A model generated the notes under the pieces. That model was not told the DNA's origin and did not search any database. It saw only the letters and a program-made list of their open reading frames with translations. 64,000 nucleotides of DNA, taken from NCBI GenBank assembly GCA_964016885.1, contig OZ024740.1, forward strand, positions 309,380,001-309,444,000. Direction: 5' to 3'. Position 1 is the first letter of the stretch; the number at the start of each line of letters is the position of its first letter. Made by a program: the position numbers and the translations under genes. Origin of the DNA: Eledone cirrhosa. Lineage: Eukaryota. This document shows positions 1 through 14,420 of the stretch, one piece after another.

Positions 1-43
<43 letters not shown>

Positions 44-249
44 CATACCTATATGTATATATATATATATATATATTTATATACATACCTATATATATAT
101 ATATATATATATACATACCTATATGTATATATATATATATATACATACCTATATGTATATATATATATATATATACATACCTATATGTATATATATATAT
201 ATATATACATACCTATATGTATGTATATATATATATATATATACATACC

Positions 250-281
<32 letters not shown>

Positions 282-287
282 CATACC

Positions 288-319
<32 letters not shown>

Positions 320-357
320 CATACCTATATGTATATATATATATATATATACATACC

Positions 358-411
<54 letters not shown>

Positions 412-413
412 CC

Positions 414-467
<54 letters not shown>

Positions 468-543
468 CCTATATGTATATATATATATATATATATATAC
501 ACATACCTATATGTATATATATATATATATATATATACATACC

Positions 544-585
<42 letters not shown>

Positions 586-717
586 CCTATATGTATATAT
601 ATATATATACATACCTATATGTGTATATATATATATATATACATACCTATATGTATATATATATATATACATACCTATATGTGTGTATATATATATATAT
701 ACATACCTATATCTATA

Positions 718-749
<32 letters not shown>

Positions 750-767
750 CATACCTATATCTATATA

Positions 768-837
<70 letters not shown>

Positions 838-843
838 CCTATA

Positions 844-879
<36 letters not shown>

Positions 880-882
880 CCT
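1..882. repeat. Compound (TA)n minisatellite punctuated by CATACCTATATGTA
   Basis: Over 20 recurrences of catacctatatgta/catacctatatcta between TA runs; the YI-rich ORFs here are artefacts. Confidence 0.95.
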
Positions 883-1005
883 GTTTTCCGTTAATTTTCA
901 CCGAAAAAATTTTTTGAATACATCTTCTCTTTTCATGATATTCAGATTACATTGAGTTCTTCATATGGATTGGACACTACCGTATATTTTGGTAGATTTA
1001 TCTAC

Positions 1006-1063
<58 letters not shown>

Positions 1064-1100
1064 TACAGAATAATCAAAACTATATTCAAATCATTTTATT

Positions 1101-1145
1101 GCTGACAATCGTTTCTTCCAAACCTTCGTTTGGAATCATCGGAGC
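1101..1145 (-). ncRNA. Minimal type I hammerhead ribozyme motif (inverted copy of 1752-1798)
   Basis: Reverse complement reads gct CCGATGA ttccaaac gaag gtttggaa GAAAC gatt GTC agc. Confidence 0.65.
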
Positions 1146-1662
1146 CGAGCACTTGCAAAGTTTAGACATATAAATAACCTCCTATTCCACTGAACAATTG
1201 TAAAGATACATAGATGTTAGTGTTGTCATTAACAGTGTCATATTTAGAGAGTGAAGATGATGTGGTCAGTATCAGTGGATGTGACAAAGATTATAAAAGA
1301 ATAATACAACAATTATAGAGGAATTAAAGAAAAAATTTACTCGCAAAATGAGGACATTAGCAGTCCATATGCAAGTGTATAGAAAGAGTGCAGATGTGTT
1401 AGGCATGTAGAGAATAACCAGGTAAGAAACAACCAAAGGTACTAAGCATATATATCACAGTATGGCAAAGCTATCACATAATACAGTACAGGTATAAAAG
1501 CTTATTAAGCAGATAGAGATGGTTGTGTATGAAAAGCAGTTTCTATGAAGCTTATGGTGGATGTAGTGTGATAATTCATACATACCTATATATATATATA
1601 TAGGTATCTATATATATATATGTTCATACATACCTATATATATATATATATGTTCATACATA

Positions 1663-1704
<42 letters not shown>

Positions 1705-1751
1705 CCTTCATAGAAACTGCTTTTCATACACAAATATAGGTATATTGCAGG

Positions 1752-1798
1752 TGCTCCGATGATTCCAAACGAAAGTTTGGAAGAAACGATTGTCAGCA
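1752..1798 (+). ncRNA. Minimal type I hammerhead ribozyme motif (U4C core variant)
   Basis: tgct CCGATGA ttccaaac-GAAA-gtttggaa GAAAC gatt GTC agca: 4-bp stem I, 8-bp stem II with GNRA loop, GUC site. Confidence 0.7.
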
Positions 1799-2245
1799 AT
1801 AAAATGTTTTGAACATAGTTTTGATTATTCTGTAATTTATATTCCGGCTCTGTAAAACATCTGATGTATTTACATTGAGCTATTTTTCCTACTGGTAATA
1901 AGGTAGTAATAAATTACTGACCTTTCCTGTTTATAATTATATATAGTGTATATATAAGTATAAATAATATTATTATTATTATATATATATAGGTATGTAT
2001 ATATATATATATAGGTATGTCTATTATTTCTCCCGAATGAAACAGTTCTAGTCCTGTAGAAGTCGTTTCTATATTAAATATATATATATATTTATATATA
2101 CATATACACATATGTATGTATGTATATCTGTATGTGGTTGACAACTGAAGGAATAGAGTTCTCAATACCGAAGTAGAGTTTTAATATTCATTTTATTAAG
2201 GCTAAATCAGGGTCATCAGGCAGATAACAGTTCTCAAAACATTTA

Positions 2246-2377
2246 ATACTTTACAATTGTTTCAACGCATAACTCAGTAGAATACAAAGGATAAACATAA
2301 TAGAAAAAAAAAATAGGAAAAATACGTATATATTAAACCTAGCATGTATAGCAAAAGATGTATCTCTTCAGAAATAT
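2246..2377 (-). ncRNA. Hammerhead ribozyme motif with about 100-nt domain II
   Basis: rc: atattt CTGAAGA gatacat...atgcgtt GAAAC aatt GTA aagtat; stem I 6 bp including one GU. Confidence 0.65.
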
Positions 2378-2815
2378 ACAAGTCAAATCAGCAAAAAGTC
2401 CACAAAAGCCCATACTCACATTTATTTGGGGGTTAACTTCAGTGAAATTTTAGGGGATCATTGGTTAGTATGACGTCAAAGACATTGCAGAGAATAATAG
2501 AAAATAACATACAAAGGGGGGTAACTTTCACTAAAATTTTGTAAAAGATTACACATTTGTATCATATGTATTTATCGATTTAAGATTTTAATAGAGATAC
2601 AAATAATTATTATTTAAATTATATACATGCATATCCATACTCCTACACACCCATGCATTCATATGATTACACACACATATACACATACAGAAAATGCACA
2701 CACTTAATAGTAAAATGCTAGTTGTACAAAGAAATACTCATATATATACACACAAACACACATACATATATATTTATATGTATATATATATATACACATA
2801 TAAATACACACATAC

Positions 2816-2850
<35 letters not shown>

Positions 2851-3336
2851 AATACACACATGATGGCTGCAAACTCTGCTAAGAGTATTGCAATTGCTTG
2901 TCAGATTACAGAAAATGGTGTACTTTTAGGCTACAGCCAGCCACTTGAACCAGTAACACAACTTGAACAAGCATACATATACAGGTATATATACACAGCT
3001 ACCTAAACATATATATGAGCATAAACATATACATATATGAGTATACATTCAAGTATAGACAGAATTATAATTGAGAAATACATAAAATTTAATAGCTTGG
3101 TATATAGGTACTCATATGGTTTAGAAATAACTATGAGTAAGGGAAAAATAAAATATAATGGATTGAGATAGTATTAGCAGGTAGAATGGTAAGAGATCAA
3201 AATGAATTTTAAACATAGATACTGGTCTAACAAACAAGTTGAATAAATTAAATAAATCAGTGTGGATCTTATCTCCTATTAAAAAAAAAAGTATGCTAAG
3301 TGATGTGGACATACTATAATCAGTTCATTTTTATGA

Positions 3337-3552
3337 GTTAACTCTTTAGCTTTAAACCGGCTGTATCTGGCCAGAATTCTCTCACCACTTTCTGTTCAAA
3401 CCGGCCTTAACTGGCCACTGATACTGATTTTAAGGTATTATTCACAAAATAAATAATATCAAAATCTCATAGATTCAATATTATGTGAGGTGAAGCCTTT
3501 TCCACCAAAATACAATAGTATACATAGAGTAATGTAAATGCTAAAAGACTAA
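3337..3552. mobile_element. Degenerate TTAA-flanked MITE-like element
   Basis: ttaactctttagc...gctaaaagactaa imperfect terminal inverted repeats; resembles 31201, 34632, 50276. Confidence 0.35.
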
Positions 3553-3699
3553 GAGTTTACATAGAAAAAAAATCCTCATTTGATTTGCTACACTGTGACA
3601 TATATTTATGTAATACAAGCTTTTACACATTGAAATAATAGTATCTTTATGGCCTATTTTTGTATCTTTGTTTGTATGTATACATATCTATATGTATAT

Positions 3700-4700
3700 A
3701 CAGAAATGGCTTCTTCGGGACTAGAACTGTTTCATTCGAATAAAACAGTTCTAGTCCTGTTAAAGCCATTTCTATATTAAATCTTGTATATACTCTACTA
3801 TATTTGTCTTTGTGTTTGACATTTGTATATGTGTCTTGTGTGTATATGTGTGGGTTTGTATATTGTACTGTTGTGTCTTCCTATGCTGCTTGATACTTAT
3901 GTGTCCTATTCTGTCTTCTGTTATTAGTTTGTGGTGTTAGGGTGTATATATTCCATTCGTGTTTTCTGTTGAGGTTCAGTCTATTTTCTATTATTTGTGT
4001 GGCCTTTGTAATTTGTCTGAGCATTGTGTTGGTTCTTTGTATGGATAAGATCTTTACTTCTATGTTATCTATTGATCCCCCATGTTATAGTTTGGCATGC
4101 TGGTATCACACTGACGAGCTTTTCTCCTCCTTGAGTTCTTACTAGAGTTCCTTTGTCCTCTCTATTCAATGGGCTGTTTCACCTACATATGTCATTGTTA
4201 TGTTTATGCACCAACCCTCTGTACACCTTATTCTGTAGACTACATCCCTAGTTTCGCAGTTTACCTGTGGGCTTACCCTACACACTATACAGTTTCAATC
4301 AGTAGAAAGAATTCTTTCAAAAGGATGTGTCCTACTAATCAGGAATTTTATGGGAGTTGTTGGCTTTTCTATCACCTTAATTCTTAAATTCAGTTTATCT
4401 AAGGCTTTTTTCTAAAACTATACACAATCCAAGGGTATCACAGGCAAGCATGAAGTTGACCATCCCTATCTGCCTCTTAGTTTTTTCTATACTTTTTTCT
4501 ATACTGTATAGTGGGCAAATCCCACTTGGGTCATTCTCTATGATGGTTTTGAATTTAGTCATGGCTTCTTTGTACACCCTAGTCTCTTTGGCTGTATCCA
4601 GAAAACTGCATGCAGTGGATGAAGTGCTGTAAATGTCTCTCTAATTTTATTGGGTCACACATGTAAGACATGGTTTTTATCACTGTTAATATTTTCATTG
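3700..4700 (-). mobile_element. Penelope-like element 3' remnant (GIY-YIG endonuclease pseudogene plus 3' region)
   Basis: Manual minus-strand translation gives CIVCRVSPQVNCETRDVVYRIRCTEGWC...YVGETA and LRQITKATQIIENRLNLNRKHEWN with stops and frameshifts; ends in a hairpin at 3700-3775. Confidence 0.75.
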
Positions 4701-6147
4701 TTGTTGTCATTGCTGGTAGTGGAGTTGATGTTACTGTATGTGCTGTTGTTAGTATTGTTTATGTTAACTTATGTTTTCCTGGTTGTCTGACTTGTTATTG
4801 CTTGTGTGATTCACATTTGTCTGTGTGTTGCTAGTGTTAATGTCTTCACATCATGAAACAAATGCATAATCGAATATATATGTTTGTGTGAGTGTGCCTG
4901 TGTATATATAGTATATATATGTATGTGTGTGTGTGTGTGTGTGTGTGTTTGTGTACATATATGTCTGTATATATGTTCATATATATGTGTATATATATAT
5001 ATGTATATATAAATATTTATATAATATATATATATAAAATATGTGTGACTCTCTGTCTCTGCTCCTGTTTGTATATATAGTTTCTTCTCTCATATGTAAT
5101 TTTATATATTTCATATATTTGCCTGGTAATTTTATATATTTCATATATTTGCCTGCATGTATCAAGAAAGGAAAATATTAATATTAAGATTTATATTGAT
5201 GATTTTAACAAGCATATATATATATATATACATATATATATGTATATGTATGTATGTGTGTATTATTTTGCTATGTATAAATGCAAATATGTTTGTGTTA
5301 AAACTTGGCTGTCTTTATATATTTTCTTTACATGCTTTTTAATGAAGAAAAAACAATCATAATAAATTTTGCAGTGCTGCTGGAGAGCTGGGCTCTCTTA
5401 ATATTTATATATATACACATATATTTTTTTTTTTGATTAAACTAATTCAAAAACATTTTAAAAAACATATCTAATAAATAATACAATCCCAGTAATTTTT
5501 TCATATTTAGAGGATGAATTCAAAATAAATAAGAAATAGATTGACCTATGAATATATCTTTTTTCCTTGATATTCATTTTGTATATCATTCTATTGGATT
5601 TCAAATTAATATGAATGACTAGCAAATATATTCTCCTTATGCTAGAATTTGATGTGTCTATATGACTGAATGTGTGTGTCTGGTTTGTAAAAAAAACTTG
5701 AAATTTCTTATCAAATCAACATTGTGACAACCAAATGATCTCCACTAACCTTTTCTGTCACATTGTTTATCCTTCATATAGTTTATAGTTTTACTTATGC
5801 AATTTTATTCTTTTCAATATCTCTCTGTATCTCTCACATACTCTCATACATAGACCCACATACATATATACAGTTATGAGTGTGTATGTATGAATATATA
5901 TATATACCCATACACACACACACGCATATATATATGCGTGTGTGTGTAAGTTTGTGTGTATATTTGTATGTATGTATTTTGTATATTTTATAAATGAATG
6001 TAAAGTGTGTGACTACAGTGTCATACATCATCATAACCAACTATACACAATGAATTTCCAGATATTACTGGGGATTAATAGTTGACTGAAAAACAGGATT
6101 TAAAAAAAATAGAAGTATCAGACCAAGATTATTATTAATTAAAAATC

Positions 6148-6530
6148 GGTGGATTGGCAATATCGGTAGAGGGTCGGACGCCATGCTTTGCAGCAAAAAG
6201 TTACGGCCCTTTATGGTCTAAGTTCAAATCCCGCCGAGGTTAACTTTGCCTTTCATCCTTACGGGGTCGATGAAATAAAGTACCAGTAATGCACTGGGAT
6301 AATTGCTGGCCTTGTGCCAAAAGTAGAAATAATTATCTGGGTGGTGGATTGGCAGTATCGGTAGAGATTCGGACACCATGCTTTGATGCATTGAGTTATG
6401 GCCCTTGCCATTCTGAGTTCTAATCCCGCTGAGGTTAACTTTGCCTTTCATCCTTATGGGGTTGATAAAATAAAGTACCAGTAATGTACTGGGTATTTGC
6501 TGGCCTTGTGCCAAATGTAGAAACAATTAT
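6148..6530 (+). mobile_element. Two tandem tRNA-derived SINE copies (Meta-like central domain)
   Basis: ggtggattggca..tcggtagag A-box-like, gttcaaatcc B-box-like, gcctttcatccttacggggtcgataaaataaagtaccagt core. Confidence 0.8.
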
Positions 6531-6639
6531 TAATTAAAAATCTGACTTATGCACACACAAGTATGATTGTATGTATGTATTTATGTATGTATGTATGTGT
6601 GTATATATATGTATATGTGTATGTATAATGTATATATGA

Positions 6640-6681
<42 letters not shown>

Positions 6682-6764
6682 TTACAGTTATGACGACGAT
6701 ATATATATATATATAGTAAAAGAATGAAGAATAACATGGTCGGCTGTACAATAGGGTTTATTTA

Positions 6765-6877
6765 CAGTATTAACAATTGTTTCTTTAATCAGGTGAGTCT
6801 AAAAGCTGCTGATCGTTAGAAATTACGTCACTCAACCTTAATTACAGTCCATACCTGATCAAATCGTCAGAATACTG
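6765..6877 (-). ncRNA. Hammerhead ribozyme motif, 80-nt domain II
   Basis: rc: cagtatt CTGACGA tttgatcaggt...acctgattaaa GAAAC aatt GTT aatactg; perfect 7-bp stem I, 11-bp stem II. Confidence 0.85.
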
Positions 6878-7129
6878 GAATATATATATATATATATATA
6901 TACAATAAATATATGAGAGTCTCTCTATCAAAAAATCAATTTTTTTATGAGGTGGGAAGAATTAATGCATGCTATGAAAAAATCAGGTGGCTTATTTGCT
7001 TTTGAAATAAGCTGAATATTTTCATGCTACCATGTATGAAATATTTGTTAGTTGGAATAATGTTTTCAAAATTAAAGATACTGCCGGTGTTATTATTATT
7101 ATTATTATTATTTCATTTATCTTGCTTTA

Positions 7130-7530
7130 TGTTCATACGAGTTATCACCAAGTCACAACCAGTGACCTCAAGAGACATCAAGGTCTGCCATGTTCAAGAA
7201 AGAACACATACACACATACATGTATCTTTAGTGTTTAGACTTGTGATGTATTTATATTGACAAAATCTTCCTTAGTATATGGGCAGTTCCCATTAGTACT
7301 ATCTTTTGTATTTCTTCTATACGCGGGTTTCCTGGGATTTGGGATAAGTAATCATTAGACACCTTAGGTATTATTCCTAGAACACCTACAACCACTGTTA
7401 TTGTTTTAGTTTTCAACTTCCACATTTTTCCAGCTTCTATCTCCAGGTCTTTATACTTGCTCAATTTTTCAAATGTTTTTATAGATACATTCTTGTCTAT
7501 TGGAACAGACATATCAATTAGCAAGCATAC
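7130..7530 (-). mobile_element. Non-LTR retrotransposon 3' end (restriction-like endonuclease domain, R4/NeSL-type)
   Basis: ORF 7252-7524 LIDMSVPIDKNV..KTFEKLSKYKDLEIE..MW..KT..I.VVVG.LG...IQKIVLMGTAHILRKIL is a typical RLE C-terminus. Confidence 0.8.
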
Positions 7531-7534
7531 CCTC

Positions 7535-7566
<32 letters not shown>

Positions 7567-7567
<1 letters not shown>

Positions 7568-8195
7568 GGGCGGTGGATTAGCAGTATCGGTAGAGGGTCA
7601 GACACCATGCTTTACGATCTGAGTTCAAATACCCCGCCGAGGTTGACTTTACCTTTCATCCTTACGGGGTTGATAAAATAAAATACCAGTAATGCACTGG
7701 GTAATTGCTGGCCTTGTGCCTAAAGTAGAAACAATTATTATTATTAATCAGTTCATTCGGTGGATTGGCACTATCGGTAGTGTTGTACAACAAGCTTTGT
7801 AGCATAGAGTTACAGCCTTTTATGTTTTGACTTCAAATCCCACCAAGGTTAGCTTTGCCTTTCATCCTTATGGGGTTGATAAAATAGTGCACCAGTAAGT
7901 ATTGGGTCTAACTTAATTGACTTTCCCTCCCCTTCAAATTACTGGCCTTGTGTCTAAAGTAGAAACAATTAATAATAATGGTTTCTTATATAGGCACAAG
8001 GCCAGCAATTTTGGGGGAGGGGAAAGTCGATTAAATCAACCCCAGTGTGTGACTGGTACTTTATTTATCGACCCCGTAAGGATGAAAGGCAAAGTTAACC
8101 TCGGTGGGATTTGAACTCAGATCATAAAGGGCCGTAACTGTTTGCTGCAAAGCAAGGCGTCTGACCCTCTACTGATACTGCCAATCCACCGCCCT
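7567..8195. mobile_element. Cluster of three tRNA-derived SINEs (two plus, one minus)
   Basis: Same head and core as 6148-6530; the copy at about 7983-8195 is inverted. Confidence 0.8.
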
Positions 8196-8499
8196 AATGA
8201 TAATAATAATAAGTAAGGTAAATATTTTAGAAATAAGGAGCAATGGTAGGCTATTCACTTTCATACATGTCTTTACATAGGTATGTGCTGTGATTACATG
8301 CATGTATACATGTGCAAAAATGTACAGCATAAAAATATATAACTGAAGATAAAGTTTGATTGATGTTAACCACTACATCATGGCATATATCATCTGCAAT
8401 AGTGTTGAGGTGTAGACTTATCTTATCCATTTGGATACAATGTTTTATTTATATAAGCAGAAATTCTCTCTGATTTAAAAAAAAAAAATACATCCATTG

Positions 8500-8795
8500 G
8501 TATAGACGATTTCCAAGGTACACTGTAAAGTGGACATGTAGGCGCCACGGAAAAAAGCACCCAGCCCATACTGTAAAGTGGACGTGTAGGCGCCACAAAA
8601 AAAGCACCCAGCACTCACTGTAAATGAGGTTGGTGATAGGAAGGGCATCCAGCTGTAGAAATCATGCCAAAATCAGTTCCTGTATGAGCAAGGCATGGTC
8701 AGCCGACCAGACACTGCCCACAACAGGACAACCCGTCTAACCCATGCTAGCATGGAAGAACGGACGTAAAATAGTGATGATAATGATGATGAATG
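8500..8795 (+). mobile_element. SINE 3' part with RTE-like tail ending in (ATG)n
   Basis: aaaaagcacccagcc..ctgtaaagtgg repeats, aggaagggcatccagctgtagaaa, cccatgctagcatggaa..ggacgtaaaa(tga)n. Confidence 0.65.
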
Positions 8796-9039
8796 ATCAA
8801 GGTCTTCTTTTTCTGTTGTAAGATCTAGTTTTAACTAGGATGTCCCAATGTAACCCATATGAGATGTTTTTGTTTTTTAAACTTTAGATATAGGCCAAAA
8901 GTAAAGTCATATTCCTTCTGAAAGGATTTCAAAATGAATGAGAGTGCATATATAAATACTGCTTGAATATATTGGCTGTTAACTCTAAGTAAGCCTTACT
9001 AGTTGAAGATGTTTATACATAAAATTACTTGATAGGCAT

Positions 9040-9885
9040 TTCCGGGTCTCCTTCTGGTTGGTTTTGCACGTAAAATTTGATCAGCAACTCATTCCTGAGA
9101 CATTCTAACCACATGTATCGGAGATGTGATCTCTCAATTTGGAAAAATAGTGGCACTACCTGTAGTGACTCTCTGATCTACATACTCTATTGAGTAACGT
9201 TACTCCATAGACCCTTCGGAGGAACTCCATTTTGGCCACTTGTATTTGCAATCATATTCTTTTGGTCATTACCCAAGATTCATGACTCTAGGTATGGACT
9301 AGTATAAATACTGAATTGAAAATAGCGAGTTTGGCTTTTATGTCTACCTCCCTTCTTTTGATTACTGAAATGCTGAAGCTGGTGCATTACTGCACCAGCT
9401 CCTGCAATTCTAGTAATTAATTCAGCCTCCTGCCTTCCATCACTTCTGAACACAGCCCCGAGATACTTGAACTTCTCCACCTGCTTCAGTGGAAATCCAT
9501 TCACATGTAGAGTGCACTGCACAAGCTTCCTTCAGAGGACAAGTGTCTCAGTTTCCACAGCAATGATTTTCATTCCAGTGATACAACACTCGGCATTAAA
9601 TCTATTGAATGCAAGTCAGAGATCACCTTCTGTTGAGTTTAGTAACACCATGCCATTTGCAAATTCCAGCCGAGTGATACCACTTCCAGCCTGGCCGCAC
9701 ATGTCAATTCTGTTCATGTAAATAATGAACAGGAGAGGTGACAGTATGCACCCCTGGCGGAGCGTGACTCCCACATTGAATGCCTTCGATTTAGCACTAC
9801 TTATACTCAGGCATTCATATAGAGACATCAGTACAGCAAGAAGTTGACCATTGATCTCATACTCCTGCACAGTATGACCTTGGTG
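9040..9885 (-). mobile_element. RTE-clade LINE reverse transcriptase fragment
   Basis: [16 protein letters not shown] and LKQVEKFKYLG motifs in ORFs 9616-10050 and 9280-9522. Confidence 0.85.
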
Positions 9886-9941
9886 TATGAATATATACAT
9901 ATATATATATATATACACACACATATATATATATATGTTGG

Positions 9942-9973
<32 letters not shown>

Positions 9974-10048
9974 CACACATATATATATACATATATATAT
10001 ATACACATATATATATACATATATATATATATATACATATATATATAC

Positions 10049-10079
<31 letters not shown>

Positions 10080-10172
10080 GGAACCAGTAAGACCCCGACA
10101 GCTGAGCTCAAGCCGTATATATGTATATATGCATATATACATATGCCTATATATATATATATATATACATAC

Positions 10173-10235
<63 letters not shown>

Positions 10236-10240
10236 CATAT

Positions 10241-10283
<43 letters not shown>

Positions 10284-10523
10284 TAATTCAGCGAGAATCG
10301 TATTTCGGCTGGTAGAAAAAGCGAAACAAAACGCAAAATCGTAGAAATGCTGGCAAGTGCTCAATAGTTAAAAAACCAGAGCTAAACAATATGTTAAAAC
10401 GCCATACAAACTGATATATATATATTTATAAAAGAGTGGGTGTGTATATGTTTCTATATATATACATACATATATATATATTTATAAAAGAGTGGGTGTG
10501 TATATGTTTATATATATATATTT

Positions 10524-10566
<43 letters not shown>

Positions 10567-10603
10567 CAAATACTTAGTCAGGGATTATGATTATTTAGAT
10601 GTT

Positions 10604-10677
10604 AACTTACATATGTTTTACTAGTCAAACAAGGTATGAAAGACTATTCATTCATGGAAGTCTAGCTCATCAGAGTT
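10604..10677 (-). ncRNA. Hammerhead motif, inverted partner of 10927-11000 (GAAA mutated to AAAA)
   Basis: rc: aact CTGATGA gctagac...gactagt AAAAC atat GTA agtt. Confidence 0.6.
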
Positions 10678-10926
10678 AAATGAAATAAAATAATATACCT
10701 TACATATTTGAATATAACAGTGTGAGAAATACGGATCGTTTTGACTCCCTAAGTTACATTTCCAAATATTAAATTCGAAATATTTTGATTACCGCTTTAA
10801 GCTTCTGTAATTTTAGCGTTTTATTTCATATATTTCTAAACGTAATTTATTCAGAACATCACCTAGGAAGACAAAACATCCCTCACTTTTTTCATTGGTA
10901 TAATGTTAGGAATGTTAATTTTAGAT

Positions 10927-11000
10927 GACTCTGATGAGCTAGGCTTCCAACATTGAACTGTCTTTCATTCCTTGTTTGACTAGTGAAACATATGTAATTC
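10927..11000 (+). ncRNA. Hammerhead ribozyme motif, 47-nt domain II
   Basis: gact CTGATGA gctag...ctagt GAAAC atat GTA attc; palindromic ATAT loop; one stem I mismatch. Confidence 0.75.
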
Positions 11001-12471
11001 AATTAATTGTTTTAATAAAAATAATTATTGATTTTACTCTCTATATATGCTCTGGGAAATTATAACATTATTGTGATCTGAATTTATACATTGGTATAAA
11101 TGTGGACTGTTTATTACCCTTCATATTGTTGACTATTAAATCATATTGAACTTCAAAATGTCTACACCATAAATACTGTTGTACCCTCAACTTATTTTAA
11201 TAGGTTGTGTTTATATATATATATATATAAAAGAGAAAACACAGGTAAGCATTAAGAAAAGGATTTTATCCAGGTATTTACGACCGTTTCATTGGTAACG
11301 TTGAAACTGTCCATGAAACTGGCTTTCTTAACCACGAACTGGATCACAATAAGCAATTTCCTGCTTCCCTAACTATATATGTATATATATATATATATAT
11401 AAAAGTATATATATATATATTTTTGTATAATTACATATATATATTTATTTATTCAGACATTATCTATCTATCTATCTATATTTATATGTTGTATATATTC
11501 ATTTATATATACATATACATATATACTGTATCAAGTGTTAAACCTATATCTTCACTTTACTTTGTTTGCTGTATTTTTCCTTTTACTTGTTGCATATATA
11601 TATATCTATACTTATTTAATGCATAAATATATACATTGTATGCATGTGAGTAGATAGTCTGACCCCTCATCTCTTCCACCTCCTATTCCTATGACCTTTA
11701 TACCTCTTCTTTTTCTACTCCACTCCTATCCATTAACCACTATTTCCCCCACCCACATTATTTCCTTCCCTTGATAGATATACCTATCATTCTTTGGGGT
11801 CCCCAGCACTCCTCCCCCATCCTCCCCTTTAGTGCAGTGCAAGATCTCCCAGCCAGCTTACCACTATGATGAATTTAACCATAGTACTACCAAGCCAGCA
11901 GTGACCTAATTTTCCACATCCTACATAAATTTTTCCCCTCAAAAATTCTTCTTAACTCTCTGTACACCCTCGTAAAGGCTTGGTGAACACAAGAAAAAGC
12001 TTGTTGGTGCTGCTGTCAGGTTTATAACTCTCTCTCTGTTGAACCCTCATATGTTGAATCGACAGGAGAGTCCATCATATATACATACATACATATACAT
12101 ATATTTAAGTTAACGAGGTATCGTTTAAGGCAATCCAAGAAGAGGTTTTGAGTACTCTGTATCGAGGATAGTTTTAACGTTCTGCGTTGTTTGACTCAAC
12201 AAGAAGTTTACTTAGTTGTGGTGTTCAGGTGGCCGATTCAATACAGTTCCTAGGTAAGTGGTTCCTGGAGTATTAATAATAAAAGAGTGAAGAATAACAC
12301 GAATCGGGTTATTCGAAGTATTAAAAATGTTTCATTAGTCCAGTGTGTCTAAAAACCGCTATTTGCAGTATGCTGTGGCACTTGATTTTAATTACAATTG
12401 ACACCCAACTAAATTTTCAAAATACTGATCAGTATTGTTATGCCGATCCGTATTATTCTTCACTCCTTTAT

Positions 12472-12777
<306 letters not shown>

Positions 12778-13704
12778 CAGGACCAGCTCTATAGTGGGGT
12801 GGATGCAAACATTTCTCCTGGCATCCTATCAGCTGAGAGCTCTATTGGCTGGAGTGCAGCCTAGTAAGATAGATGTCCTTGGGACTGCCAAAGGCATGCT
12901 CCCTGTTGGGCTTTATGATTTTATCTTTTAGACACACCAGACAATATTTTTAACAAGAAGTTCTTAATGTCATTCCTGTGGTCAAGTCATTGAAATGTCT
13001 CTACTTTAGAGACATGAAATTGTTACCAGAACAATATTTGATAAAAAAATACTTATGGCAATTCATCAAAATTTATCTACTTTAGCGACATCAGATGGTT
13101 GTTGTAGTAGGTAACTGATGTGATCGTCCAGTTTTATCGTATATCTGTGTATGTATGCATGTGTGTTTGGTTGTATTCATAAATGTATATATATGTTAGT
13201 ATGTGTGTGTTTTTAAGTACGTTTATGTGTGAAAAATGCACTTAAAAAGCAGGTCAGATTTCTTTCATTTAACATCTGTATATATAACTTGGCAATTCCA
13301 GTTACATACCCCAAGCTGACTTTTAAATGTAACCTTTAGCATGTTAGAAATGTTTATGAATTGCTTCCTTTGACACTACATTATGTATTAAGGGGAGATT
13401 GCTCTATCGCAGACTTAATGCACCCGAAGCGTCCAGGAGGTTACTATCCGAGGGCGATTTAACGCTATAGCTGACATAATTAAGATTTTCATTTAATTTA
13501 TGGTATAGATAGAAGAGGCCAGGATTGAGATTAATAAATGTATATATAATTATTATGTAATAACGCCCTATGTAATAAGTGATGCAAACAAGAAAATATC
13601 TGGGTGACTCCATATATCAGCTGCGCGGTAAAAAATCAAAACCGTAAGCCCACAAGCTATATATATGTATATGTGTATATATATATATATATGTATATAT
13701 ATGT

Positions 13705-13738
<34 letters not shown>

Positions 13739-13759
13739 ATATGTATATGTATATATATG

Positions 13760-13790
<31 letters not shown>

Positions 13791-13814
13791 GTATATATAT
13801 ATATATATATATAT

Positions 13815-14420
13815 GTCAGGTCACCAGTTGGTGCTATTGGTAACATGTATCCCAGTACAACCTGTCTCATGGTCGGGTCGTTGGCGACTAAACTGGCAAC
13901 CCCACTAAGGTTTCTTGGTGAGGAGGGTGGCTTTGGACATCCTGCAGGACTAAAAACAAAACCTGTCAAAAGGCAAAGGGGCTCTTAAGAGTCAATAGCC
14001 ATCCAAAATCACTGGGAGAGATGACCCCTTAGCCTTTGTCAAGGCAGAATTCTAGGAGAAGGAAAACTCTGATATAACACCTGCAACCCTGATGGTATCC
14101 AATGATGTTGAATTGTTCTTCTTTTTGGTAAATATCATCTTGGTTAAGAGAGTGGGACTGGCTTTGTGCAGTGCCTTTGCTCACTAGAAAAGCTTCACAG
14201 CACAGGCATTGCTTTATATCTGGAGATCTCTCTGCACTTGTCGTCACATGGTACCAAGGGCCCAGCACTATGTGTCAATAAATGTCACAAGTGTAGTGTT
14301 TGTACCAGAGTTTTCAAGTCGCTGGCTGGACTAAAAAGTAACACTCGTTCAGCGCATTGGTAGGGGTTCTCCTACATGGATATAAAGTAGTGGCCGTACT
14401 CGAAAACGAGTTGGCAGCCA

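Noticed and set aside
1-882. CRISPR-like periodicity of CATACCTATATGTA
   Set aside because: Spacers are only variable-length TA runs; eukaryotic context; no cas genes
15-955. 300-aa YI-rich ORFs and similar ORFs across the window
   Set aside because: Translations of (TA)n/(CA)n tracts, which lack stop codons
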